Below, one piece after another: positions 1 to 13,575 of a stretch of DNA of 64,000 nt; within the stretch, counting starts at the first letter, position 1, and every line of letters begins with the position of its first letter. The stretch covers positions 567,308 through 631,307 of the forward strand of contig MU061578.1 of the NCBI GenBank assembly GCA_013265495.1. The letters run 5' to 3'. The position numbers were made by a program, and so were the translations under genes. A model generated the notes under the pieces. That model had not been told where the DNA came from and searched no databases. It worked only from the letters and a program-made list of their open reading frames with translations. The stretch comes from Vicugna vicugna. Lineage: Eukaryota.

Positions 1-724
1 CAATGTCCAGTGTTACTCTCAGTGGCTCACAGGAAATTACTCATTTAATCATCCCATCCCCCCAAACATTCTAAGATAGACATTTTTTAAGTACCTAAAA
101 AATCTGGAAATTGAGGTTCAGAGAGTCAAAATCAGGATCTGAAGTCAGTCTGAAGGTAGACTGCCAGGTCTTACCATGAGTAAGATGAGAACTGCCTAGA
201 ATACTAATAAAGAGTTTCTGAACTTTCAGGATGAAAACTCCATCTCTGGACAGTGGCTAGAGCACATTCACCAAAGTACATTCCAGAATGAGAGATCTGG
301 TCAGTCAACTTTCCACAATAAATACCTCCTCTTCTGTATGAAGACATACCTTTATCTAAGATTCATATGCAAAATAAAACCTTACTGGATTTCAATGATA
401 CATAATTACAAAGAGAGTCTGGTTCAACCAGGCTTATTCATTATTTTAATAAGAAAAGAAGATACTTGAGGGTCAGTGGAAGGTACAGGTGGGGAGACAG
501 AAGGGTGATCTCCTTAACCCGACTGAATAGATTGATTATATAAACAACACACACACTCAATAAAGTAAGCTTGAAAGACCCCCTACTTGGGAATACTTTG
601 TCAACAGCTCATTTGATTCGCTGTATATATTTGAAATAAAATTGCATCACTGTGTCTTTTCAAGTAAGATTTTATGATTTGGATTTAGTCTTGTAGGCTG
701 ATCATCCCCTAGTTAGACTAAACT

Positions 725-1295
725 TTCATTAGTTTCCTACTGTTGCATAAAAAATGACCACAAATTTAGCAGCTCAAAACAAGTCTCATGAATCATCTCC
801 CAGTTCAGGAAGTCAAAAGTCCAGACACTGCCTGGCGGGGCTCTCTGCTCAGGGTCTCACAAAGCTGAAATCAAGCTGTCCCTCTGGGATGGAATTTCCT
901 CTGAGGCTTAGGTCCCCTCTTCCAAGCTCACTGGTTGTTGGAAGAATTCAGTTTCTTGTGGTTGTGGGACTGAGACCCTCAGCTCCTAGAGGCTACCGCT
1001 CTCCATAAGCAGTTCACAAGAGGGCTGGCTGCCTGTCAACTTCCTAGAGAACTACAGATGGAACATGATGCTACATGTTCTTTGAGGGACTCAGCTGATT
1101 AGTCCAGGCCCACCCAGTAACATCTTCCTTGTAATTCCCTCAAAATCAACAGATCAGTAACCTAGTTATGGGATCACTATTATATTATACTCACAGATAC
1201 TGCCCAGACTCAAGGTGAGCAGATTATACAAGGCCATGGGACATTGAAGGTTGGGATTTGGGGAGGGAGGTCACCTTAGAATCCTGCCTACTACA
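725..1295 (-). mobile_element. MaLR LTR (MLT1-type), solo
   Basis: Begins ATTAGTTTCCTACTGTTGCATAAAAAATGACCACAAATTTAGCAGCTCAAAAC, contains CTCAGGGTCTCACAAAGCTGAAATCAAG and GGAAGAATTCAGTTTCTTGTGGTTGT, ends AATCCTGCCTACTACA. This is the antisense layout of MLT1 LTRs. Confidence 0.75.
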
Positions 1296-1309
1296 ATTCA
1301 ATACTACCT

Positions 1310-1580
1310 GTACCTGATTCTTCCCCTTCATTCCACCTACACTACCCAGTCGAACCTCTTATCCCCTCACCCTCACATTTCTTAAAGTGCTTCCTGATAG
1401 GTATTCCAAGATGTCCCTCTTCACAAGACCTAGCAAAATGCCACCAAGTTGATCTTTCCCTGCTCAGACACCCTCAGTGGGTCCCCATCACTTGATGAAT
1501 AAAGTCAAACACTTTGGAGGAAAGGCTCACTATCTCATCCCACCTTCCCTGTAAAACTTATTTCCCCTTGCTTCTCTGAT
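1310..1580. mobile_element. L2 LINE fragment
   Basis: Pyrimidine-rich with CTTTCCCTGCTCAGACACCCTCAGTGGGTCCCCATCACTTGATGAATAAAGTCAAAC, typical of the L2 3' region. Confidence 0.5.
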
Positions 1581-1849
1581 AATTTTCTTTATAGTTTATA
1601 TAGTTGGGGTTTTTTGGACAAATCCTTCTTAGCATCACTTTAGAGTTTGTACTTAATTCAATGTGTAGCTGAGGTTCAAGAAAGAGGATTTTCCAGAATC
1701 AATTAAAACAAAACTTAAGTGAGCAGGCAGGTTACTGATTTGCAGGAATTGTCTCAAACACATTGGAGCATCCAACTCCCCTGGATATTCCAAATAATTC
1801 TACAACACAAAGGAAAAAGCAGCTCACATTTTAAGTTACAGAAAAAGAC

Positions 1850-2560
1850 CCAAACTCATTAGCTGTTCTGAAAATCTGGCTTCATTAGCAGGTGCTCAGA
1901 GCATCCAAGTATTGTGTCGTGAGTGGTGTCCCCTCCGGGAAAAGTGAGGGCAGGGGACTCCCAGAGGCAGCTTAACTTCCCCAACCTACTTCAAAATTAG
2001 ATTTATTCGGTTACAAATTGCACAAGTTAAATGAGCAAAACCATTGAACAAGGAGGACTTGCTGGGCTAAATAGCTGAGCATTTAATGGTTCACCATGGC
2101 ATTATCATTTTTATGGTCTATTAAGGCAATTGGGAGAATATCAGCGGAATGAGGAATCAGGTAATTTATGTACATGTTTTATAAATTACCGCGTGCCTGG
2201 GTAAAAAGTCAAGGCCCCTTCCCAACTAATAAAATTTGACACAGAGACACTGGAAAGTCGGTCTGTATCAGACACAGAGGACTTTTGCTCGTGACCAAAA
2301 GCACAGAATTTCCTTCTCTTCCCTTCCTAAGTCGATGCCTGGGAGAATTAAAATATTCTGGGTCCGTGTTTTTTTCCCTCTGATCTATTTGCAATCAGAT
2401 TGAGGAAGGCAGAGAGTCATTATTAAGAATTAGAAGAACCATTTTCAGAGTTGCTGCCTTAACTTTGGCGATTTAAAATTAAAGTAAGGTAAATCCTGAG
2501 TCGCTCCATCTCCCTCTATCTCCTAATGAAGCTGGCAACGCAGACTTCACTTTCTGCTAA
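1850..2560. promoter_or_regulatory. Candidate conserved non-coding/enhancer block
   Basis: Repeat-free; TAAT/TTTATGG/TTTAT homeodomain cores, TCAAGGCC (NR5A-like) and a 10-bp inverted repeat at 2160-2190. Conservation not tested. Confidence 0.35.
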
Positions 2561-2800
2561 TTTTCCTCAGAATTGAAAGACCTGGGGAAAAAAGATGTGG
2601 GGACTCTGTTGTAGCCAGCAGCCATGTGTTTGGGTAGGGGGGAGGTTTAAAAGATAAATAAAGGGGGAGGAGAGTTAAGCAGCCCACACACACCAAAAGT
2701 ACAGTCTTCTAAAAACATTTGACTTCGTGAGTTGTGCCAGGAGTGAAATCACTCGCCAGGTAGAAGAGCTTTTCACAAATGGTTTGCTTTATCACAACAG

Positions 2801-3007
2801 GGGATATGCAGACAATGTCACATGCAGAGTCACGAGGCTGAATCCCAGAGTCCCCAAGAAGCCATATTTCGTACGGCAGCTTCGGGGAGTTAGTGTGGAA
2901 GGGGTAAATGGTATCCACCACATCCAAGACGTCAGTGCTACGTTTCCACTTGGAGAATCCCACCCTGAGAATGAAGCCATTGGGGTTTGCAGGAAGAAAG
3001 AGATGAG
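2801..3007 (+). other. Candidate 207-nt exon (unidentified; one open frame, phase 2-2)
   Basis: Acceptor ggtttgctttatcacaacAG (AG 2799-2800), donor GAG|GTAAGG (GT 3008-3009), length divisible by 3, open frame GYADNVTCRVTRLNPRVPKKPYFVRQLRG...RKKEM. Protein not recognised. Confidence 0.3.
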
Positions 3008-3689
3008 GTAAGGAGATCCCAAGATCCCCAAACAATAAGGCAGCCTTACAGAATAAGAAAAATCAGGATTTTTCCAGCTCTACAAATAATGGAAACTATT
3101 TTCTTTGGTGATGCCTGTGGTTTGAACAGATGCTAGAAACCTAAAAATAATAGACTCCTGCTACAAAGAGACTAATTCTTCTTCTTCTTCTTCTTTTTAA
3201 GAGACTCATTCTTTAAGGCTGAGCTCAACGGTCTGCTCCTTTGTAAAGGCTCACCCTATGTGACAATGACTTCTGTCTTTGTGTCACCACTGAAGGAGAC
3301 AGTTAAGTCACCAGCTCAACCTCGTGAAGCTCTCAAACATTCTATTACAGTTATCAATGTACGTGTCTTTTGTTCCTGGAGAGCAGGGTTGTGCCCAGTT
3401 GTTTACGTACAACCTGATTCAGTGACTCTCCCAGTGCTTGGGAGATGTGAACGCCCAGATGACTGCTAGATCGACAAATGATACCAATGTTCAGAATTAC
3501 GTATTAGCTCATATTTATTAAGCTCACATGATGCACTAACACCTATGCTAAAGGATCCACGTGCTCTAACTTCATGACATCTGCATGTATTGCAGAGCTT
3601 TGTATATGGACCAGGCTGTCCATATCTTATTTCATTTCTTTTCTTTCTTCCAAAAAGAATACCTGGGAAGAAAGTGCTCTGAACTTTTG

Positions 3690-4070
3690 TCTGCAGATGT
3701 GAAAACTGAGGCTTAGAGAGATGAAGGCAGGGGCTTGGGTTAAGGTAGTTAGAGGTCGTAACATCAGATGCCAGACTTACTGAGGTTCCACTCTAAGCCT
3801 CATATGACGGACTAACTGAACTGACTGATCAATCGGTAAGGGACTACACCCGAGGTATCAGATCACTGGCCCTCAAATCTCAGGTTTTCCCTACGTGAGT
3901 GCGCACCATGAAAAAAACCATTAACCTCTTAAACCTCTGCTTCCTACCTGCAAAGTGAGAGTCGTAACGGGACGTATCTCATGGGGTAAGAGTGGGAAAT
4001 AATGAGAAATATGTAAGAACCTGACTCGGCACCCAGTCCACAGACACTGCTCAGTAGTCGTCCCCCACTA
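3690..4070. mobile_element. MIR fragments (two, opposite orientations)
   Basis: CAGATGTGAAAACTGAGGCTTAGAGAG and AACCTCTGCTTCCTACCTGCAAAGTGAG core motifs. Confidence 0.55.
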
Positions 4071-4154
4071 CCGCTGCATTCAGGACCATTGCCACCAGCA
4101 TTCACAACGTTTCTACGTTGCTCCCTCATTCCATCACTGTATTATCATGTGTGT

Positions 4155-4400
4155 GTGTTTCACAGCTTTATGGAGGTCTAACTTAAACCATCACATTCAC
4201 CCAATCTAAGTGTACGGTTTGATGAGTTTTAGTCTATGGACACAGCTGTGCAGCCACCACCACAGTTCACTGCTAGAAAATTTCCGTCAGCCAAAAAAGG
4301 TCCCTCATGCCCGTGTACCATCTATCCTGAACCCGCTTCCAGGCCCAGGCAACCACTGACCTCCTTTCTGTCTTTATAGTTTTGCCTTTTCTAGAAATTT
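4155..4400 (-). mobile_element. Old L1 (L1MB-like) 3' end
   Basis: CAGCTTTATGGAGGTCTAACTT...CCCAGGCAACCACTGACCTCCTTTCTGTCTTTATAGTTTTGCCTTTTCTAGAAATTTC, the antisense L1M 3' UTR pattern. Confidence 0.7.
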
Positions 4401-4439
4401 CTACATTTTTTTTTCTCTCTCTCAAACTCTGGTCCATCC

Positions 4440-4590
4440 TTATTAAACACCCAACTTGTCTGTTAAACATGCAAATCCCCAGGCTCCACCGCAGACTCAC
4501 TCAACAGGCATAGAGTTGGACCAGGCCACCCCTGTAATTAACAAGCTCCCCGGGGGCTTCCTGATATGAGGAAATGGGAGAAGCTCTTCT
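4440..4590. mobile_element. MER5-like hAT fragment
   Basis: AAACATGCAAATCCCCAGGCTCCACCGCAGAC...TTAACAAGCTCCCCGGG. Confidence 0.5.
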
Positions 4591-6299
4591 GCAAATTCCA
4601 GGCTTGCAAGGTTGCCCCTGGCAGGATGGAGTCGGATCCTGGCTCTCGGAGCCCACACAGCTGAGCAGAGCTGGGAGGGTGTGCTCGTTCTCCCCGGGGG
4701 GCTCAGCTCGGGTGATGATTTCCATTACTGCTCTTCTGGAACCCGTCCCTCAGAGGAGGCAGCCTGTCATCCCCTTCCTCAGGAGGTGCTCCCACTGGAC
4801 CCTGAGGACAGACTTTCCTTGGCTCTCATGAATTCTTTCTCCCTGGAGAAAAAATAACCCCATCACACAAAAGGCTGATCTCTCCTTGAGCCATCCCAGG
4901 AGACCAGAGCCTCAAGTCAGAGCTGCTCGTGCAGGATTTGCAAACCATCCTCTTAGATCACCATCTTCACAGAGCCCACTGAGGAGGCAGTAAGTCTTCA
5001 CTGAATAAAGTGACAATTTCAGCCTCCAAGGTGGAGCCTAAGAAATCCCAAAGGACAATACTGTGTGTCAGGGAGGCCTCTGTGATCAGGCTCCAATCAG
5101 GACTGGGACACTCCCCTCTCCAAGGACTTGGTGATTTCTCTAGCCATCATGTCCCTACACTGTCTGCAGTCTGGAAGCTGTGGGTCAGGTTTCATCTGGA
5201 CCAGGGATGCACATTCAAATGCCTCCAGGGGTGAGGCCTTGTAAAGGAGAGTTGCCAGAAGGACAGGGCTGTGGTGGCTGGCAGAATGCATGAGTCACCG
5301 AAAAGAGATGACTGCTGCCCATTCGTCATCCCCCAGGAAGGGTGCAGTCCCAATGTTACTATAGCTTCTAATTTCTTAAGATACGCTGCAACTCAGATTT
5401 GCATATGCTTATTTTATAAGTGACAATTAAATTGTTTTAAAGTATACAGCATACAAAATACCTGCGGGCTGTATCCAGCACTTGGGCCATTCAGCCTACC
5501 ACATATGAACTTCTGGCTGTTTTTATAATACCTTTGTAGCTAGGAAATGTGTCCCAATGCAAGGACACACGAGACGGCTTCATAGTGACCTGCAATTAAG
5601 GCCCAGCTCTGCCATTACTATTTGCATCAACCAATCACAACCTCTTCATCTATGTCAATATCTTCACCTGAAAGGTGGGGATAGGAATACCTACTTATCG
5701 TTGGTTTTTGTGAAAATTAAATGAAGGGATCACCTTCAAGCATCCAAGCAAGGTAAAGCCACAACCCAGTGCTATAAATATCCAAAAATGATTTCCTTCA
5801 CTAGAGCATCCTGGTGTAGCCAACCTCTTGCCACCCACCCCCCCGCAAAGACCTCCTAGAAGCTGACTGGTAAACAGTTCTTACTAATTCCTCAATATCC
5901 AGGAAGGAGCAAGACAGTGGGCAGCCTTAACTTTTCCGTCTTTTGATGTGGAAAACGTAGTAAGAGTGTCTTTGAGGAAACAAATGAAACAAAAAAAGCA
6001 AAAACATGAGTATGAGAATTTATGAGGGAAATAAACTGAAAAATGAGCATAAATCTGAGTATATCTCCACATGAGAAAAAGATGCATCTTAGATCATTAA
6101 GGAATGAGCATGGGCCATTTCACAAAACCTAGAAGTCCATACAGAGCACTATTTCTAACAAAGAAGGCACTCTCCTTTGGGTGAACATCTTCCCCGCAGC
6201 TACAACCTCAGGCTACAGGAAAAAAGCAGACACAACCCTCAATACTCAGCACCCAACCTGTGGCTCAGTGTACAGTCTCCTCCATGGTGGGAAAGGAGT

Positions 6300-7870
6300 C
6301 AAGAAAACAACTGCAAGTTTTGAAAGCAACAGACCTGGATAGATCTATCCAAACGAGAGACAGAAGAAAAGTTTTCAAAGTAAATCCAGGAGGAGAGGAA
6401 TAAGAGAACAGCTAAATAAATAAATGTAAAAAAAAAATGGGGGAAAAATGACCTCAACCTGGAAAAATATCTAACAGAACAGGAAAAAAAAAAGGATTTA
6501 CAGAAATGTTCAAGTATTAGATCAACTTAACTAGAACACATTTACAAAAATAACTCAAGACAAGATGAAATGACAAAAATATAAATGAGAGATATCACAT
6601 GTAAGGAAAAAAAATGAAGAACAGTAAGAAACTGATATGATAATATCCTGAAAGATAATATCCTTCAGATCTGATCTAAGAGAAAGGCTTGGTATAAACT
6701 GGGTGGATGCAGATAAAAATTCCAAAAGATTCAAGCAGTCAGAAGATATTAGCAGGAGGAAAAAAAAAGATTTAAAATAGAATGACTTTCCTTCTAGGAA
6801 AGAACTCAACAAATGGAACAGAAAAAAAACAAAAGTTTTCAAAGATATAATACAAGAAAAATTTTCTGAAGTGGTAAAAATAAAACTAAGTCCATACAAT
6901 TAAGGGAAAGAACATTTTAGAAGAAAATGTGATACCAAATGATCTACAGGAGGCATATTTTATTTACACTGTTAAACATTAAAAAAGTTTAAAAGGACTT
7001 TTTCCCCAAGTCTTCAAAAAGTCAGAGAAAATCATCTACAAAGAGTGAAATTCTGGCTGGTGTTAGCTTTCTGCAAAATCAAATTTAATGCTAGAAAACA
7101 ATTGGATTACTTTGTATACAAATGTGATTCAGGAATAACCCCAGCCAAGGAGTTCATCTGTTCTAAAGGTAACACACAGTAAGTTTTCATTTAAAAAGCA
7201 AACAAACAAACAAACAAAATCCTTAGGGAACAACTAACTAGCTCTCACTACGTCATAGAGCACTGGCATCACCTAGAAACAAAACCAGAACATCAGGCTC
7301 CACTGCAAACCGATTGAATCATAATCTTCATTTTTAACAGGTTCCTCACATGGTTCACATGCATTTTAATGTTTGACAGCACTTGCGAGAGGAGTTAAAA
7401 CAAAGAATGCAGGAATGAAGAAACTGGTCAAAAAACTAGAAACACTGTCTCTATCTCAATACAGTAAGAATAATTGGCCATTGTGAAAATTATGGTTACA
7501 GAATAAAATGTAAATGTCATTATCCTTGGCATCATCAAAATTAATATGAGTAGAATTAAAAATCTTGGACGTGGTGGAGAGGTGAGGTCGGGAGAAATCT
7601 GTGTTAAGAGCTTCATCTTTTAAAGCAGAGAGCCAAATGACATCATCTAAAAAGCAAAAGTCGTTTAAAACATAGCCATGACTCCAATTTCTTAATGCTT
7701 TTGTAACATTTTTGTCTTTACATTGGAGGAGACTTTCAGGAAATTGTATCTCTTGCAATGAAAAAAACATTTATTTCAACCTCAGTATACCATTTAATTC
7801 ATGTTAGCATACTTTTCCATTTTAGCTCCAACTACTATGATATGTGATTCTTTTAATAAAAAAAAAAAGC
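6300..7870 (+). mobile_element. Ancient L1 ORF1-region / HAL1-like remnant, interrupted by a MER5-like piece (~7245-7385)
   Basis: Strongly A-rich; TTCAAAGATATAATACAAGAAAATTTTCTGAA and CATCTACAAAGAGTGAAATTCTGGCTGG...TTTAATGCTAGAAAACAATTGG resemble the ORF1 C-terminal region; ends AATAAA plus A-run. Confidence 0.55.
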
Positions 7871-7939
7871 ATGTTAGGTTAATGTGTTTCTCTATTCATA
7901 AATTTGTGTTTATCAACAAAAGGATATTAGTATGATATA

Positions 7940-8088
7940 AATATTTATTTTTCTTTTTTGTTTGTTTTTTGGGGAGTCTTTTTTGGTGGGTAATTAGGTT
8001 TATTTATTTTTTAATGGAGGTACCAGGGATTGAACCCAGGATCTCATGCATGCTAGGCATACTCTACCACTGAGCAATCCCTTCCCTC
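7940..8088 (-). mobile_element. tRNA-derived SINE (camelid Vic-1-like)
   Basis: Reverse complement gives GCTCAGTGGTAGAGT...GGGTTCAATCCCTGGTACCTCC (A/B boxes) plus A-rich tail; TSD-like TAGTATGATAT (7928-7938) / TAGCATGATAT (8091-8101). Confidence 0.85.
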
Positions 8089-9421
8089 TCTAGCATGATA
8101 TTTAGTACCATATTAATGATGGTTCTTTAGGATGATAATAAATGGGATGATTTGCAAATTTCTCTCTATATATTTTGTTTAGCATCTTTGAAATGAGTAT
8201 GCATTTATTTTATAAAAACAACAAAGTTATAAGTAATCTTAAGGGTACAAGTCCCATTTCTATTACAGGAAGCTGTGTCTTCGGTTCAAAGTTCCCTTTT
8301 CTGAGGCTTCCAGATGATGACCTTTGTCTCTAGTCCCCTGAAATCTCACTGAACTGCAGCACTGAAGAGGCAGGAGGCAGACTGGGCTTCCTCACCGATG
8401 TCTATCCCTCGTGTTTAATATACAAGATGGCACAGTCTCTCAATTCATATTTGTTAAGTGAATGAACAAATCCTATTTGCTTCACAAAGGCTTCCTGATA
8501 AACGAGGTCTCCTTTTAAACATCTGACCACGGTTGAGCTGGCTGACTTGAATTTTAAGTAACTGAAGGGCAGAAAAATCTGGTGCCCTTTTCTCAGCAAG
8601 AATCAGGATGTGGCTAATTGAGCCTAATCCACACCATCTAGGTGCTCAGCAGTTGTAAATCTGATCCTTGGGTTTGTATGAACATGACTTTTTCATGTTT
8701 GAATGTGGCTTAATTAAGCAAGATGTCTTACATGAGGATTCAAATCCCCGTGTAGATTAGACGAGTCTATTTAGGATCCACTAAGACTTTGAAAGTTTTT
8801 CTCATACTGTAGCACATGGCATTACAACCCCATACCTCCGGGGAATAAGAGAAAAGTTCAGAGAGAGAGAGAGAGAGAGAAAGATGGAGAATCACTGAAT
8901 ATGAGAGCTTTGTGGGACCTCAGAGACCAAGAAGAACACCTCTCATTTTACCCATGAAATCGACTCACTGTCAAATTAAAAACAGGCCATGCAGAAGAGA
9001 GCGCCAGACTATTTCTTCCCAGTTCTGAAGAAGATCCCATAATGGTATTGTGGGTCGGAGCTGCAGAATCGCCTGCTTTAGGTTCCACATTTAACCAACA
9101 ATGTATCACGTGGCAGCATGGGCAAGTTCATCACTCTCTTTTGGGTCATCGGTTTCCACACCATTGAAAATTAAAGAATCACATTAGGCAGGAACTCATC
9201 AAATTTTATTACTTAAGGCTTGGAATACTGATTTAACAATAAGAACATAATTCATTTTTCTTGGATATTGGACAAAGGAAGGCTGAGATATTTGGGTTGG
9301 GTCTAGGGCAGGAACCCAGATCCCTGACCACTTGTCCCGGCCATTCCACCAACATCCCCTACAGTGCTAATATTCAGGATGACTTCTAGGGAAAGCCATT
9401 TTCCTAAAGTACCTAATTATT

Positions 9422-9745
9422 CACAGACAGAAAACACACTTACGGTTACCAAAGGGGAAAGGGGGAAGGAGGGATAAGTTAGGAGTTTGTGATTAACAGA
9501 TAGAAATACTATACATAAAATAGATAAACAACAAGGACCTACTGTATAGCACAGGGAGCTATATTCAATGTCTTGCAGTAATCTATAATGGAGAAGAATC
9601 AGAAAAAGAACACATAAATGTACATGTATATGTACGTATATATGTATGTGTATATAGGCATATATGTGTAACTGAATCACTTTGCTATACACCTGAAACT
9701 AACACAACATTGCAAATCATCTCTACATCAATAAAAAAAAAAACC
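9422..9745 (+). mobile_element. 5'-truncated L1 3' UTR with poly(A) and 12-bp TSD
   Basis: GGTTACCAAAGGGGAAAGG...AACAAGGACCTACTGTATAGCACAGGG...AATAAAAAAA; TACCTAATTATT at 9410-9421 and 9746-9757. Confidence 0.9.
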
Positions 9746-11149
9746 TACCTAATTATTATAACAAAAATAACAAGAATCACGGAGCCATGATTGACCGATG
9801 CTATTTCTTTGAAAGAACAAGGAATAGACCCTTCACCCACCACAAGTTTTGTTCTAAGGCAGGGAGGAGCCTTCACCAATAAGACGATTCTCTAGCTACT
9901 TCTGGGGGAGTGAGGCCAACTTAGATTCTTTGGAAAACTGGTCAGGGCTGCTCAGGGAGATGACACTTGGAGACGAGAGCCCTGTACCGCATGTAGCTGG
10001 GATGTGCTGGCATTCTCTGATGGAGGAAAGCTGAGATGGAATGAGGGGTGAGTCAGGGACGGTGAGGTTATAACCAGAAGTGTAATAACACAGGGCCTTA
10101 GGCCCACAGTTCCAGAGTGGGACAAAGCTGTTTTATCCGAATGACGCTGGAGCATCTTATTTAATGTCTCTACTCCTAATTTTATATGCCTCTAATACTT
10201 AGGCCTTTTCAGCAGCAGCTTTCTTATTAGTTCCCCAAAGGAATTACTTTACCTTTATTTTGCTTTTCTTTATAGTATCTATGGGAGAGCAATTGAAATG
10301 GAAAATCATTAAACTAACTAAAATTTTCATGTGGTTCTTAGAGTAGAGGTTCTTGTTTTAAAACTTCTGATCCCCTTTGAGTTGGCAAATGGGGAAAAAA
10401 AAGGGGTGAAGAATATGAAATTCTGAGGCAGTCATTTGGATCCTGGACCAGTCGCACACTAGCCACACATGACCTTGGATAAATCAAACCATGACTCTCA
10501 AATATCCTGTTGCTGAAAATAAGGAAAAAAATTAAACACTAGGTTAGATGATATGTGGACTAGCATAAGAAGTCTATGAAGTAACCATGGTACACAAATA
10601 ACTCAAATTTGGCGAACACTGGCTGAGTGTCTTTGAATGAATAAACCTAGGTTTGACTATCAGCTAGGTTACTTAGTTCTGGGACCTCAAGCAATTTATA
10701 TAAACCCCTCTGACTCCTTTTCCTCTAGATGATGGGTGAATAATAAAATCCACCTGGATTCACTGTGATAATAACATGTGTAAATCTCCTGGCAGAGAGC
10801 ATGGTAATAAGAATGTTCTGCAAATAGGAGCAAGTGTTGCGTTTCTGCTTACTGAATTAACGCCTATCTTCTCCCACTTGACTTTAAGTACTTTGGAAGC
10901 ATGGCTACTGTCTGTTTGTTTCTTCCTTAAAATTATTCCAATAGGAAGTAGCCAGGACACATTTGTCAAATTAATTAATTAATTAGAAGACTATGCAGGT
11001 CCTCCCTAGAACTCACCAGGAATAAATTCTCCTACTGTGGAACTGTCATATCATTTTCCCCTAATGGCTGTGGGATGCCACTGTTAAACTCTCAAGGAAA
11101 AGCCAACAGAGAGCCATTCTGAAGTCCTGAGTTACACTTTCCGGGGATG

Positions 11150-11470
11150 GATTGTGACAAAACATCGTAGCTGGTAACTACAGATGGTGTCTCTTTCACC
11201 ACAAAGGTGTCTCATCTGTTTTCCTTGCCACTTCTTAGGCTATTTGCCACAATTAAGTACGGCAGCAGAAAGTCCCACAGGCTGGTTTATGTTGTGTTTA
11301 AAAAGTTAATTAAATTGCCAAGTTGTTAAGTTGTTAAATTTAAAGTTAAAAAAAAATCTATTAGCAAGTTTCCTCCTGATTAAAGTCGGGAGACCCATGT
11401 GTTTGATTTTCAACTTGGTCCTCTCCCGCAATAAACATTAAAAATAAAACAATTCCATTTTATGACCAAG
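11150..11470. promoter_or_regulatory. Candidate conserved non-coding block
   Basis: Repeat-free, AT-rich, with TTAATTAA, TGATTAA, CAATAAAC and TTTTATGAC motifs. Conservation untested. Confidence 0.25.
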
Positions 11471-11989
11471 CCCTCTACAATGCCTTTTGTGTGATGCACT
11501 GGGGGGGGGGGAGGCAGTTAAATTACAATTCATCTACACACAAAACTTTCAAAGAACATGTTTCTCTTGGCAGGGTGGAGTGCAGGAGGGTAGGGGGAGA
11601 GAAAGCTAACCATCTGTCCAGAGTTATTGTATGCCATCTCCTAATGTGTAATCTGATCTTGGGAGATAGTAGAAAGCAAGCTGCCCTTTCTATTCTCAGG
11701 ATGCTAGAATCCTTGACGGGACTTTGGAGCGGAGGGACACTGCCCATCAATGGTTTTATGAAGCAGACAGGTCTGGCTTAATTCCTGACTTTACCCACAT
11801 GCTGCTAGACCACCCTGGGTTTCCAGTTTCTCACTGGCTTGAAGGGGCTATGATAATATATGCATCATGGGATGGTGGAGAGAATTAATGAAATAATAGC
11901 ATACAGTAACCATTATTAAAAAAAAAAAAAACAGCTCTACCAAGACAGACTATACAGTATAAGGTTTCCCTTGGGCCAAAATTCAAATG

Positions 11990-12200
11990 TCAACTCAGCC
12001 AACAGTGTGAACTTGAACCAGTTACTTACTCAGCTTCTCTAACTTAGGTTTCAGGTCTGTGAAGTGGGTTTGATGATAGTGTGCAAGGCAGAGGGTCAAT
12101 ATGAAGATTAAGCGACGGTTCAATGAAATAAAACTTATAATATTCTTCAAAAAGTACTCAGCACAAAGTTGGCTGCTTACTAAAGGATAGCTGTTATTAT
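11990..12200. mobile_element. MIR
   Basis: TGTGAACTTGAACCAGTTACTTACTCAGCTTCTCTAACTTAGGTTTC...CTCAGCACAAAGTTGGC. Confidence 0.5.
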
Positions 12201-12984
12201 TTACATCACACAGAAAATGCATTCTGATCTACATCTATCTATACTCAGATATAATATTCAACCTTGTAACATTATGTAATACAATATGCATTATATAGAT
12301 ATATGGATACAGAGATCTGTAAGAGCTAATTTAAAGGAAAATTATGAAGATAAATTTGAATCTTCAGAGAGACTTCAATGGAACCAGGGTTAGAATAATC
12401 AAAATTGACAAGTTGGAAGAGATCTCAGAAATCATCAGTCTGACCCTAACTGCTGAATGAATCTTCCCTGCCATCCACTGACAGGCTGTCATTGGGAATG
12501 CGATGTGGAACTCTCCAACTTCTGACAGCCTGTCCTAGTGCTGGACAGCTCCAATTTTTGGCAATCTCATTCTTCTATTGATCTGAAGTCTGTCTCCCTT
12601 CCATATTGGGGTTATATGGAAGACATCTGCTCAGTCTTCTACATAATAGCTCTTGAGAGACTTGAAGGCAACAGTCATGAATCCTGAGGCATCTCTTCTC
12701 TTGGATAAAAAGTGTCTATCTTTAGCGAACACACACTCAAGACTCACTTCAAATGCCACCACCTCTTGAAAACATCCCTTGTTCTCTCTGAGAAGAGCTA
12801 AGTGTACCTTCTTCAGAGCTCCCACACTCTCTTAGCCAGCCCTCCAATGACTCTTTTATCTCCACATACTGCCATTACATGTTTACAGTCATTTTCCTCA
12901 GAAACTGATCTGTTATCTGGAGGGTTCATGGCTGGTTCATCTCTATATGCTGGTGGTGCATGATTACACCTGAAAAACACCATG

Positions 12985-13575
12985 CCTCAAAAAATTAAAA
13001 ACAGAATTGCCATATGATCCACTTCAAGATGTACACCTATAAGAATTGAAAGCTGGGTTTCCAAAGAGATATCTGGACACTCACATTCACAGCAGCATAT
13101 ATAGGTGGGAAGAGACTCATCTTTTGTCCATCAGCACACAGATGGATAAACAAAATGTGGTATATACGTACAATGAAATGTTACTCAACCTTAAAAAGGA
13201 AGGAAATCCTGGCGCATGCTATAACATGGATAAACCTTGGTGACATTATGCTAAGGGAAATAGACCAGCCGCACAACAACAAATACTGCATGATTCTATT
13301 CCACCACAGTAGTCAAATTCATAGAGGCAGAATACAGAATGGAGGTTGCCAAGGGCTTAGAGGAGTGGGAACTGGACAGTTAGCATTTCATGGGTGTAGA
13401 GTTTCAGTTTTGTAAGATGAAAAGAGTTCTGGAGATGGATAGTGGTGTTAGTTGTATAACAATACAAACATACTAGTATCACTGAACAGTACAATTTAAA
13501 ATGGTTTTAATGTGATAAATTTTAGGTCATGTATTTTATTATAATTAAAAATTTTTTTAATAAAATAAAATAATT
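12985..13575 (+). mobile_element. Old L1 (L1MB-like) ORF2 end and 3' UTR
   Basis: ORF 13155-13415 (MWYIRTMKCYSTLKRKEILAHAITWINLGDIMLREI) matches the L1 ORF2 C-terminus, followed by 3' UTR and A-rich tail. Confidence 0.85.
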
